Of a stretch of DNA of 64,000 nucleotides, positions 27,255 through 39,800 are shown in pieces (position 1 is the stretch's first letter; each line of letters begins with the position of its first letter). The notes under the pieces were generated by a model, which searched no databases, was not told the DNA's origin, and saw only the letters and a list, made by a program, of their open reading frames with translations. This stretch comes from Marsupella aquatica (taxonomy: Eukaryota > Plantae > Marchantiophyta), in the NCBI GenBank assembly GCA_973895155.1, contig OZ316894.1:18072563-18136562 (forward strand), given 5' to 3'. Made by a program: the position numbers and the translations under genes.

Positions 27255-30200
27255 CTACAACTCTCCAATCCGTAGACTTTGGAGCAAAGATAAGTACCCT
27301 TTCTGCTCTGGTGTAATGTACCTGAACAAGATTCAATAAGATGTAATCAGAGGAAATACAATTCGCTTCAAATTTTAGCTGGAAGGTAACACCCTGGTGG
27401 AAGGTTAATGTATCCAGACAGTCTATTCAGTCTCGAATCCCGAATCGCTCTTTTGAAGGGATATAGTGATACCATAAGAATTTGGATGCCAAACGCAGAG
27501 CCAAAGTAACGGAAAAGACCACCCAGTTGATGCAAAAGCAAAGCTCCCAATCACCAGGAAAACAGCACAAGGTTTCATTGGGCCGACCGATCTTGTTTCG
27601 ATCGTCGTGTCTAACAACGTTCCCGAAAACTTTTAAGATTATTATGACTTTATGACATCGACAAAGAACTCTGGCTACTTTGACAAGATTGGACGTCAGT
27701 TGGCTTAAGAGCAACAAAGCCTTGGATGATTGCTTGCTCCAACGACCACAGCAAATGATGATGGGACATAAAGAAATTTCATCCCTAGGATGAAAACGTT
27801 TTACGCAGATTCGAATCCCACGGTAAAATTATGACAGACAGTCACGACCAAGTCACTCAAAAACAAGAAACGTACCCGTGCCGAATGAGGAAATCAATGA
27901 CTACAAGTGCACAATTGGGCTTGTAACGGTCAGTTTTACTGATAATACTCATGACTTCAGAGATTGGAAGCCTAAAAAAGCTTTGAACCTCGCCATCTGC
28001 AAACATAAGCCAGCAATTGAGTCAAAAAATTGATAATTTATATTTCTTGAAAGCCCGTGAAACATACGAACTCATCATCTGCAGTAGCTCACTATCTCAG
28101 GAGTACCATAGCAGGGGAGTACACGCAACCTAGGAGTTTACAGCCACTATCCTGGGATCTAGAGTCTAAGCGGATGACAGAAGAGACAGACCTTTATTGT
28201 AGGGTTCAAAATCTCGAGGAAGCTCAAGATCATAGCAAAACAGAACATCTCTCTTAGACGTGTTGTTTTCCATGACGTACTCATAGCTGACAGCTCCAAC
28301 AGCAACAGCTCTGAAGTCATAGCTCATGTACAGGAAAATGAGAAATTTCTCTATTGAAGATCCTACGATAAATCCCGAGGTGAAAGACCTTCGATGACAC
28401 GGAGAGCGAACCATCCAGCGACTATCATCTCAAACTCACTTCCAGTGGAAATTTAAAGTCAGATTCATATTTGCACCTTACTTCTTTGCTAGATGCAACG
28501 GAACTGCAGCTTCCTCGTCACACTCCTTGATTACATTGTCTTTAGCGCTAATTCCTTCAGGCTGCGATAGAAAACCATGTACTCATGAAACTCGAAGAGT
28601 CACTGCAAATCACTGTTTCACGCAAATTCGACGTATGATTGATCTATGTACACCTTGCGTTTCCTCACTTCAGATGACAGGGCAACTCACACCACTCTTA
28701 AAAGGTTTCACGTTAGCAATGTGCCAGTAATCCAATTTTACTCAAATTTGTAAATGACCCAGTGAGTGAGGCCAACCTGTCCACCAGCAACAATGTGATC
28801 TAACATGCCCGGAAAGGTTTGTTTCGTGTCACTTCGTTTGGCAACCCAGAGGTACTTGTCTCCGTCAATACTTACGTAACCGTTAATGTGTACGCCATAG
28901 CTCTGTTACAACAAATTCCACCAAACCAGCATTTGCACAATTCTCTTCCACAGAAAAAATGAACGGTTGTAAACCAGGAAGATACAATTAACCAATCCAC
29001 AGTGGTTGTCACTCACAAGGACGAGGTCCTCAATTTTGCTCAATAGCACCCAATACTATGATTACAATTAACCAATCCACAGTCGTTGTCACTAACAAGG
29101 ACGAGGTCCTCACTTTTGCTCCAAAGAGTGTGAAAGCTGCTCTTTCCATAAGCAAGAAAGGAGACTCTCCATAGCTTAGGGTGACTGGTTGAAGCTGCAT
29201 AAAACAGCAAGGATTTTAAAACTCAGAATAACGGTTTGAATTCCTGCATCATACCAAGGCCCAGAGTAGAGGTGGAATCTAAAATATTATTGTAATTACC
29301 TCATCACGCCAACCGGAGATCAGCCCTTCACTTTTCAGTGCTTCCAAAACTCCTTGCACAGCTGCAGTGCGCTGTTGAGGAGCTGAGAGGCTGTGAACGA
29401 GTCGTACATGACCCGCCGACAAACCGCTGAGAGCTCCACCACTGTACGATTCGAGTCCCTCAACTGAGAAAACTTCTGGAAACCTCTTGAGATGTTCAGC
29501 AAAACTGCCAGGGACAACGTATTTCATCAACACCTCCCTGTAACTGATTGGGGTTTTAACAGACACTATAGGCTATTTGTCATGGCTCCAAAGCACAAGT
29601 CATAATGCTCTACCCGTAATGTATGTAGCCAAGCGTGGCCTTCCCCACCATGAAAGGAAGAAACTCGACTTTCCTTTCCTGCCAACAGCAATAGCTACAT
29701 GAGTTTGGTACTCGTCAGTTTCTCATTCAGGATGGATTTATTTTTTATGATTCAGAAACTCGGTCGACAGTTGAGAAAATTCATTTCTACTCCTTCCAAT
29801 TGATGAAGGAGTTAACTTCAATTGATTTTGTCAGAAGAGTGATTTCTCCGTATCAAGCGAATTCAATGAATTCCTCATCCAATTTCATTAAGTTCTGTTG
29901 TACCATACATACATCAAATTAACGAAGCAGAATTATACTTCGAAATCTAGGAAAATTTTCTGAAGTATGGGATGATGGCTGTCGTAGGTTGTGTTCATTG
30001 TGAAGAAAAATTTGTTCAGAAGTTATTATCGCCGGCACAGAGACTTCTTTGGCAAAAGCCTTTACAGATGTGATTTCATGCGGATACACGCGATGTGAAA
30101 ATGTGCAACAGGGGGCGTATTTCATCGATTGGTACGAGAGAAGTAGTTGGCAATATCGTTGGGCATACACACTCTTCCTTCGTTGCAGGAAGCCACTCGT

Positions 30201-30529
30201 TGCGCGTATCCTTGCAGGGCAGAGCCATAAATCTCCTCCAGCTTCGGAACCCTCACTCCAGCGCGGCTGTCCGACTGAAGGGCCGCACATCGAACGCCAT
30301 CGATCAGACGGACAGAGCTGCCAGCCCTCTTCGCGAAAGTATTCATCCCACCAAAACTGATGCCATCCTGTCCTACAGACACCGCCAAGCGCGGGTCCCC
30401 TTTCAGCCAGCATCCGGAAAATTTCCTTCGACGATTTCTACCATATCCCAGAAACAGTGCTGCACTCCGCCCGGGAGATGTACAGCCCCAGACCTGCTGG
30501 AATGCCATTGCCCCACCGAGCTTCGTCAT
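27255..30529 (-). CDS. NUDX20: Nudix hydrolase of the NUDX20/NUDX24 type (DUF4743 + Nudix), probably plastid-targeted, ~9 exons
   Basis: Spliced translation: MTKLGGAMAFQQ (transit-peptide-like) ... VASCNEGR|ERKVEFLPF...GYIH|...LISGWRDE|LQPV...MERAAFTLFGAK|SYGVHINGYV...LWVAKRSDTKQTFPGMLDHIVAGGQ|PEGISAKDNVIKECDEEAAVP|...KRDVLFCYDLELP|DGEVQSF...YKPNCALVVIDFLIRHG|YITPEQKGYLSLLQSLRIGEL*. All introns are GT-AG; last exon 27321-27255. Confidence 0.92.
28983..29121. repeat. 80-bp-period duplication spanning a Nudix exon/intron junction
   Basis: tacaattaaccaatccacagt(g/c)gttgtcact(c/a)acaaggacgaggtcctca(a/c)ttttgctc at ~28983 and ~29063. Confidence 0.9.
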
Positions 30530-30537
30530 GATTGATG

Positions 30538-30569
<32 letters not shown>

Positions 30570-30900
30570 CGCCCGTCCGTCCAGTGGTCCAGGGCGCGAG
30601 GGAAACGGTAGGCCCTTTGCAATTGCTGTACAGTAGGGAAGTCAGTAGTACAGTCTTCCTCGCGTGTATCGGGGAAAAACACTCATCGGAAACTTAAACC
30701 ACAAAACGAACTGTGGGTGAATGGGTCTCGAGAGAGAGACCGCTTAATTTCCTGCCCTACCAACGGCTACTCCTGTTGCTGCTGCTGCTGCTATTGAGGT
30801 TACAGTACCGAAACACGAATCATTCTATTCTTTCCCGGGGCCGAGATCCTCGTTCAGCTCTAATTCAATTTGCTCAGATCCTCCCCTACCGGTAGTCCCT

Positions 30901-30906
<6 letters not shown>

Positions 30907-30939
<33 letters not shown>
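30907..30939. repeat. (CT)n microsatellite; a second imperfect (CT)n tract lies at ~30538-30570 in the Nudix 5' UTR
   Basis: Direct reading. Confidence 0.95.
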
Positions 30940-30943
<4 letters not shown>

Positions 30944-33900
30944 GTGTGACTGTGTCAGCATCGTACGTGTTGTCCCCTTTGTCTTCACCCTAAGCCATCT
31001 TGCTTCAGCTGCTGCTGGCGATGTCGGCAGGCAAAGCTCCAAATCTACTGTACCAACTGAGATGCTGAACAAACTCGGAATCATGGCTGAGGCGTCACTG
31101 AAACTGGCCGTCACTCTGTTGAGTGAAGACTGAAGAGGCTTAAGATCCTTCGCTCTACAGTAGTGGCACCGCCGGGATCGATCACTTCGAAAAGCTCCGA
31201 GGATTAAAGTATGAGCGGGATCCGAATCAGACATTCGGCGCGTTGAATGCGCATCGAGACCGAGATTTTGCGCCCAGTCCACAAGACCCCTCTGTCATCG
31301 TTCGAAATGCTGATGATTGTCATATTCCTCCGAAAGTCAAAAATACTCCCTCAGAAGTTGCGCTGTTGCGAATTGCGGCAAGGTGTGCTACCGTAGACTA
31401 GAACTCCACATTCCGGACTAGTGTGGGGTTCTTAGGGTTCTGTAGCAGCCATTTTCCTTGTGTCTTGGAAAGTACTAGAGTAGGATAATTTGTTTGTATA
31501 TAATTCGTTATTCACATCTCACAGTTTGTTTCTCTCCTGAAAAAAAGGCCCAGATGGACCCAGACAGATGGACCCAGACATTGTCCCTGCCCATGTACTG
31601 CTTAAAGAAAAAGGAACTGGTCGCAGATCATAGTTGACAACTTTGACTACCTTGGGAAGAAAGTAATCAAGACATCATGGTGATCCTGAGTAACGGCATG
31701 AGGTCTTGACGGCTTTTAGGTTCAAAGGCAATAAGTCATCAAGTTACCAAAGAAACCAGTTCCATAATGTAATTGAAACTGGCTGTAAAAGGTAAAGTGA
31801 CCAATTATAGATCATATTTCAGTCAAAAGTGTAAACAATGTTATCAGTTTGAATGTTCTGAGCAAATCCATCCAAGTTTTGCCAGTCCATCTGGGTTTCA
31901 TAGACAAAGTGAAGGTCTTTATGGGCTTTAGTTTCTTCTGTCCTAGTTGGCTTGGCTTTAAGTTTTTTGTATAATTAGTTATTCACATCTCAGCGTTTCT
32001 GTCCGAGTTGGCTTGGCTTCTTTCCAAAGTATCAGTCTTTCTTTTTATTAGAGAGTCTCAAATTCATGAGTTATTCTCACCTTGCTGGGTCTCTTGTGTG
32101 TTTGGTATCACGTGCTCTTTTTATTAGGTCTATTGTGTATTGGCATCACGTGCTCTTTTATGGTCTTTGAGAGGGCCTTTAGTTCTTTTGACATTGCTGG
32201 AGACTAATGAGTTTTTTGGCTCTTTGGTCATACTAGTTTTTTTGGTTTTCTCCCCTTTATTGGGCCTCTTGTGTTTGAGATCCCATGCCCTTCTATGGTC
32301 TTTGATATATATATATATAGTAGAGGAACAAGTTTGTGTCAGATTGTACCTGACTAATCAATATCAACCATTCATATTTCCAAAAAACTAGAGGAAAACT
32401 TTCAGATGTTGTAAAATGAGTGGGGTCAATCCAAGCAGATTCTGGCGAAAGAAGACTGGAAATATATGATAATTCCCTTCACATTATTGGTTCTTCTTTT
32501 TAGGTGTCCCCCTATAATGCTAAATTCCCAATGCTCTTTGGAAAAGCTATCATCAAGTGGGAGTTTCCATCCCCAATCATGCCTTCAACCACTCTGCTAA
32601 GCACATGAATGACACCAAATTCACTAAGAGTGTTTTACTTTTGTCAGTCTCGGCTCCTCTGGTCAACTGAAAACATGTCGTTTGTAATATGTACTTCCTT
32701 ATCTCTTGAGCCTCCACTCAATAATGATCCCCACTTCGAAAGTACCATCCCTGCCTGTCAGTACCTTACAGCCCCTGAGCCCCCTCTATTTTCGTTATTC
32801 TATGTATGTTCAGTGTTTCACGTTCACGCACACAGTTCTGTTTTCTTATACAAAACAAAACAATGATGGAGGGGCCAGCTAATGTAAAGCTACAGTCTAT
32901 GGTAAGAAGATGGCTTTTGGAAGAGTCTTAGTGATAAAAAAAAGGTGACAATCGTGGCGTAGTCTGGAACTCCAGAATCCAGACTTTTGCGGTGGGTGGA
33001 GTGCCGTGCTTCCGTAGTCGAGAATCCAGATTCCAGGCTATTTTGGTCTTCTAAAAGTTGGGTCAAGTAAGGTACTCGTTTGGATATAGAGGGGCCCTCT
33101 ACCATCTTTTGGACTCTTTTTTATCATTTTTAATAAATTCAAAGGAAATCTGTGAAACCCCACAAAAAGCGACGAGTCAACCACAATAGTTGGGTAGAGT
33201 CAGCTCACAATAGTTGAACTCAAGACCTATCAATCTCTATTCATTCAAGTGAGCTACCACAAAGTCATGTCTCTATGGCCATCATCTTCTGGACTTCACA
33301 GTCAAAGGAGAGCAAGATGCCATTGGGACTCAACTGGCCCCTCTGACTGCTCACCATGGCCTTGTTCCTATCCAGGCCTTGTAAAAGCTTGGCTTGCCTT
33401 TCTAAAAATGCATCACCTCACCACACAGTACAACACAGTTGGGAGTAAAATAATGACAATTTAGAGGAGGCCTTGGAACAGCGGCAACCCAGTCTTTTAG
33501 TAGCAATAGCAAGTGTCAGGGTCATTTTCAAACAGCAGCACAACACAAACAACAAATGCAAAACACAAACAACAAATGTCAGGGAAGGAACAGGGTAGAT
33601 CGCACACAGCAATGTCAAGGAGGGAGATTTTTGGACATTGCAAGGGAGCGGAGGAAGCATTGAACGCACCTAAGGCATTCCTGATTTGAAAGCACGCGAG
33701 ACGAAGAATTTAAAGAATTTTCTTGGGAACTGGAAGGAGTATCGATTACCCAGTTGTCATGTTCTTGAGAATTTTAGTCTGTGCTGCCTCATGAATGCCA
33801 AATTTCAGAGTGAGATTAATTTTGTGTGTGTGAAAACTTCGTAGAAGAGTGTGTGTGAGTGGGTGCAAGTCTCCTCATGTCAATCTCCAAGATGGGCTGT

Positions 33901-36385
33901 CATGGAGCATCAAAGTGAAACAAAGATCTACTACAGTTTCTAAGACTATTTCTGACAATGGAAAGTACTCAAGGCAGCATAGAAATACAAAGGGTGCCTC
34001 TCAGGTCCTATACTAGTACGTTGGAAGTCGCCAACTCTTCAGTCACTCAATGACTCTGAGTGAAATCCAATCAGCTTGCCGTCCATGATGCAACATCTTT
34101 TTTATGGCGCACAACAAACACCGAACATAGCAATGCCAGTTCGGACAATGTTTTCCTCCTTTCACTTTCTTATTAAAAAGCTGGCGCCTCTTGTCTCTCC
34201 TGTGTTCAATGATCTCTCCCAGATGCCTTTCACATTCCATGTTGAACTCTTGCTCCTTCACCCTTCAGCTAAAGTCTTGGCTTAAATCTACTGCACATGC
34301 CTACCGTGAAACGTACTGTGTCAAGAGGCTCCCAGAAGAACCAATGCCAGTGGGTTATCTGAGGGGTTTGGTTGAGTCTCCATGGCATCTTGCTGGGCCT
34401 GTTAGGTCATGTGTTGAGCTACCATAATCAAATGAGCTATTTTTGGGGCCATAATTGGCCAAATCTTCACTTGAAAGTCTTCATCACTTTTGGATAAAAT
34501 TTGCTAGATTTTTTGTCCTAGTTTACTTGAGGAGAAATTCGGGAGCCTTTTTGTTTTCAATTAGCTAGTCTCTCACCTAACCACCGACTTCATTAACACA
34601 AATCTGACAATTATCCTTAAATCTAGGGAGATATGGTCAGAGATTAATGCACACAAGCTAAATAAAGAATCTGTTTAGCATATTTCCTTTCACACAAAGT
34701 GACTTTGTCCACCCTGGCAACAAAGGGAAAACCTTATTCCAGATTCCAGACTATCGTGGTTCAGTGGTAAACTTGGGCGGGTCAAGGCAGGCTGGAGACC
34801 AACAGTGTACCTTACTTATTGCAATCCTTACGGAGAGGAAACGACAGTCCAAAATCATTGAATTAATTAAGGTGGCACGCCTTTCGAGTCATAATTCGTG
34901 TCTATACTAGGTTGCTTGTGTAAACAAGTGGTTTTTGTAAACATGAAAAACCAATCTTGTTTCGTCTGGGCCTGGCAACAGAGGGGTAGGTATGGGAACG
35001 ACAAATTTGACTATTTGAGAGAGTGGATTGTGTGCAAGTAGTATAGCAACTCAACGCAACTCTACGATGCAAGTAAATATGAAGATCCCCTTATAATAAT
35101 GTAGCTTCCAAAGCTTGTTTGCCTTTGTTTTTTCCTTTCCCTTTTTATAATTGTTCAGTGCTCTATTCCTAGCTACCCGTTTTCCCTCAAACACAGATCC
35201 ATGGTCTTGTGTTCAAAAATGTATTTTTTTCAGTCCAGCAAAAAGAACATATTTGATCTTGAATAGGATGTCTTTTTAATATAACACCCAGGTGTAGTGT
35301 TTGAATATTGTTGCTGTGTTTGAGTTTAGGGTTTATAATTAAAAAATAATAATATGACAGGTCCTGAGAAATGTTACAGGGACTTGGACAAATGTTTAAC
35401 AGTTTTGATGAGTTCAATGGTTGCCTTCATTCTTGGAATGTCCAGCATGGGAGGGCTTTTTGCCCGGTTGGAAAAAAAATACATGTTATGTGTTCATGTT
35501 TGTTGTTTTGGAGCCACTGTCCGAATGGCTTGCCGAAGGGGTAAGGCAGACCACCTTGAGGCTTGTGAGGACCAATCAGATTGCAGAAGGGACTGTGGAG
35601 ATGACAATGGTGGCTGTTGCATATATTGCCTGAAATCCTCTACCTAGGTGCTCACATTTTAAAAAAAAATCACAAAAATGACACCAACAATATGCTCAGG
35701 TCTAAGCTGAATATTTCCAAAAATATTTTTGGAAAAATAGTATCAAAGAATTGTTTTAAGTCCCACATGATTTATTTTGCAAAAGATAACTTTTGAAAAG
35801 TAGCACCCAAATAGCACCCGGATAGCACCCAAAACCATTGGTTCACCTGGCTTCCTAAAGTTTAGGTAAGACTATGCTTTGGAGAAATACTTTCAGGTAT
35901 GAGGAATTCCAAAAAATTGAGAGAAAATAACTAAAGAGAGCAAAAATTAAGTACCTTAAGTACTACTTCCCTTGCAAAAGTATTTTAAACATAAAACAAA
36001 TGAATATGGGAGTGAGAAGGGCTAAATATTTCATACATAAATTATATACTTATTTTCAAACAAGATGAATTTTTTCTAGACAGTATATCTGGTGGACTGA
36101 CTTAGATAGTTGTATAGTATGTTACAATTAAAAAAGGGAAAAAATAATAGGACAGGTCCTGAGAAAGGGTTACAGGGACAAAGGGCCCCATGAAGTATAT
36201 TTGAAAAGTTAGGGGCTGGTCAAGAATATGTTTAGCTAGAGGGGCCCATCAAGGATTTTGCTGCACCATCTTCTAAAGAATTTTGCAAAGGGAAATACCC
36301 AAAACCATTAATAAAAAAAATTAAAATAGAAAGAGGGAAAAGAAAGATCTTTCCCAATATGATGAGCTTTTTGATGGTTTGCGGT

Positions 36386-36847
36386 CCCGGTTTTCACTTC
36401 GGACACGTTATCGAATTGTCGGACACGACAAATGATAACTTGTCGGCTCAAAAATGGGTAATTTATTGGATATTCCTCTATATCCCCCGGGCGGGACCTG
36501 ATGTTTCCCAAACCCTCCCGGCCCGGTCCCAAACTTTCCCGAACCCTCCCGGCCAGGGAAAAAGGGTCGGGGACGGGTGGAGGGTTGGGCCGGGGAAAAG
36601 TGGTTGGGGCCGGAGGGGTTGGGTCTGAGGATGGGTTGGGGCCGGGGGGGGGGGGAGGGTTGTGGCCAGGGAGGTGTAGGGAGGGGTAGGGGCCCGGTGA
36701 AGGGACGGGGCCGGGGAGAGGTCGGGAAGGGGTCTGGGCCAGGGAGAGGTCGGGGCCGGGAAGGAGTCGGGACCTGGATCGACCGGGGCAACATCTGTCG
36801 AATGTCGGACCCAAATGCCTCTAGTTGTCCGACATGTCCAAACAGGG
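36386..36847. mobile_element. 462-bp non-autonomous DNA transposon (MITE-like) with 8-bp TSD, short imperfect TIRs and a G-rich core
   Basis: Flanking direct repeat tttgcggt at 36378-36385 and 36848-36855. Ends are CCCGGTTT...AAACAGGG (7/8 complementary), with subterminal (t)gtcggac/gtccgaca motifs. It is a GC-rich island in AT-rich DNA. Confidence 0.7.
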
Positions 36848-39800
36848 TTTGCGGTTGATTCCCATGAAATTCTTTCTTTCCTATGAAAAGCTTAGCATGT
36901 GCTGTTCTAGACCCCTTTCGGCTTTGGGTGAGTGTTTAATTAAACTGGGGACAGCAAACATCGGTCTTGGGATTGAACAGAAGTTGGGTGAAAACGTGAC
37001 CACAAAATGACGAAAGGGTTGTTGACCTACCAAATACGGTTCAGACTGGCAGCGCCAATTTCTCCTTTGTCCACAGCTCTGCATGATTCAATCTCTGCAT
37101 GGGCAAGTTTGCCGGCAATTAAATGCACACTCAATAATAAAAGCCTCCATAGAATCAATCGATTTGCATTATGCTGCCTGCCACACTCAGAATGAGACTC
37201 CAAAAGTCCAAAGTACCGCCCCCAGTCAAAATGGACAACAATAATGCAAGAATGTCCCTCCACACCAGACTGGTGCTGTTGTTCATTAGAGTGATCTCAA
37301 AAACATCACAAACCAATCATCTGCAGCGCCCTAATTCGGCAAGCTCAGAGAATATATCATTCCCCTCAGGAATTTTCTAAACATCAGAAAAGAAGATAGT
37401 GGTACTTTAATGATATAATAAATAAAATAATGGATTACAGGATTTCTTCAAATGGAGAAAGGATGGATTACACAGGCTGACCATCAGAGGGAATGACTGA
37501 GCAAGAATACTCAGAACTCAGGGCTATGGCAGAAGAGATCATGAATGAAAAATGCTGAAGGACACGTTTGCACATATTCCTCCTCATTAATTTTGATAGT
37601 GTGGTCAAAGGCGGCTTATAGGACGTTTCTCAAATTATTTGACTCACGTGTGTATTTTGTGTGTTCAGTCAGTGGGCTTGCAAATTGAGTAGAATCATTC
37701 TCCTCTCTTTGAAATCCCAGATTTACTTTCTTCTGTCTCTTTTGGAAATGAGCCGGACTAATCTCTGGAATGTCATTAATGATTTTGTACCCGTTTCTGC
37801 TTGCTCACGCCTTTACTTTGCCCACACAAACTAAATAAATCACATTTTTTGACTGGTCACAAAAGCATTGCGATCATCAGTGAGATTCGAATCCCCCCGA
37901 CCTGTGCTACAATGCTAACTTCAGTTTGCAAATTCTAACTGCAGTTTGCAAATTTTTATTAAGATGAGCTTGACAGGAGGCATGAAGCCTTGAATTTACA
38001 GAGATTTTTAAACGGCAGCAATATGAGTTCTAAATGTCCATCCCAAACTGGGCTTACAGTAGATCTCAGAACCATGCACTTGAACACTAAGGACAGAAAG
38101 CAAGAGCAAGGCTGGGTAATGGTCTTTTCAGTCACCCTAAACCATGGACGGCTGCCTGCTGTTGAAGTAAAACTGACCAGAAGTTTAGTTTTAAGGGTAT
38201 TCAACCAATTGAGCGTGAATTGGTGAGCGGGCAAGGGGCTTGAAGGTCCTCACCTCTATCTTTGTTGAAAGGATGGACAATAAGTCTAGTGGAGAAAAAG
38301 CAAAAGAGCTCAAGAGAAGACAAACACAAAACTCACAAGAATGGGGCAATTACAAACTCCAAAACCTTAGAGCTGGGAAAATGTGAGTGTAAACAGAGAT
38401 CCAAAAGTTGTCCAAGTAAATACACAAGTCTGCTAAAAACTGACAATTTACAGTTGATCGGGGCGCCTGGAAAATCTGCTCAGGGTCCTTCCACAGTCAG
38501 CGGGTCAGTGCAAATTTTAGTTGTAAAGTGAAGCAACTGGAGTCACAATCTTTGGGGATAGAAAAAACAAACCCCTCGATCCATCAGGGTTTACTTCACA
38601 TTAATGTCTTCCAATATGGGGCTTCTTGTTAACTGAAAGCATGCTATATAATGATAACTCAGTCAAGTGGGACATGGATAACAAAGGTCTGGATTCATTT
38701 CAAATTCAAAGGTTTGCATTAAGTTCCCATTCGAAATATGATACCACGCAAATTCTTTCATTTATCAAGTCGAATTAAATAGCGTTGGGGTAATCATGTT
38801 GTGCACAAGTGAAGGAGTCATCATTCATATAAGAGATCTCCAGCATATAACTACCACGTCAGTTTTTGAACACATTGGATTCTAACAGGGAAGAGCCAAG
38901 CGTATCATTATGGAGGTAACATAAGTTTTTGATAGGGCTTGCACGCTGTGACTCTGTGAGACTAGTACTTATCAGACAATTTAACTAATGCTTCGGCGGC
39001 AGAGAATTAGTTAACGAAGGTAGGAACATTTAATGAGAATTTAGTGAATCCCTTGTTTGGCAGGAATAATATGATCGTGTTGAGTAAGAAATGGATATAA
39101 ACTATAAAGGAAGTACAAGGCAACTATAGAGTGAGTGGATTGGCCTCCATTGTACACTATCATATTATTCGCTTTTACTTGCAAGTACGGGAGTGTATAG
39201 TGAAGGCGAGTCTTGTTCATTTATGTAAACTTTTCTTTGAGAAGCTTAGATTTGTTGCGACTTAATTTACTGTACTTAGTTATGATTTATATTTCTTTGA
39301 CATTCATAAACTCTTGTCTCGTGTTTGTTATTTGAGCGATGAGCATGGACAGGAATTCCCATCCCAGGCATCAGCAGACATGGTTGCGTGGTACCCGGTG
39401 TGGTACCTTACTTGACAAGTGACTCATTAATTCAGAGTTCTTGTGTTCAAATGTTATAACCTGTTTTTGTCTTTCCTTGCCCCCCATTCTGTGTGGTTTT
39501 ATGGATTTCTCATTTTAATAAATAAAATAAAGAAAAGAAATAAAATAAAATCCCCATCCCAAACATTTTGCTTGGATACGATTGCTAAACTAAGATAGAA
39601 TCTATAATTATGAGAATTCATAATTGAAACATATGGTTCTGGCTAGTTTACAGAAAGTGTATTTTGACTAGCAATTGCATGTTTTAGAGTGAAACTGCTT
39701 GACTTTCATAGAAGACTTGGCTTGGCTTATATCTAACTACTAACACTCATGACTCACTCCTAATGTTTGTAGCCCAGCTTTGCCAGTGGCAAGCTATAAG

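Noticed and set aside
27368-27430. GYINLPPG... as the last Nudix exon
   Set aside because: Exon 27321-27255 has a proper phase-matched acceptor and fits the family C-terminus better.
30860-31282. ORFs upstream of the Nudix gene
   Set aside because: They run through CT/GA microsatellites and lack motifs or clear gene structure.
36308-36858. Pro-rich/Gly-rich ORFs (extensin-like)
   Set aside because: They arise from the G/C-run composition of the mini-transposon; all frames are open and there is no signal peptide.
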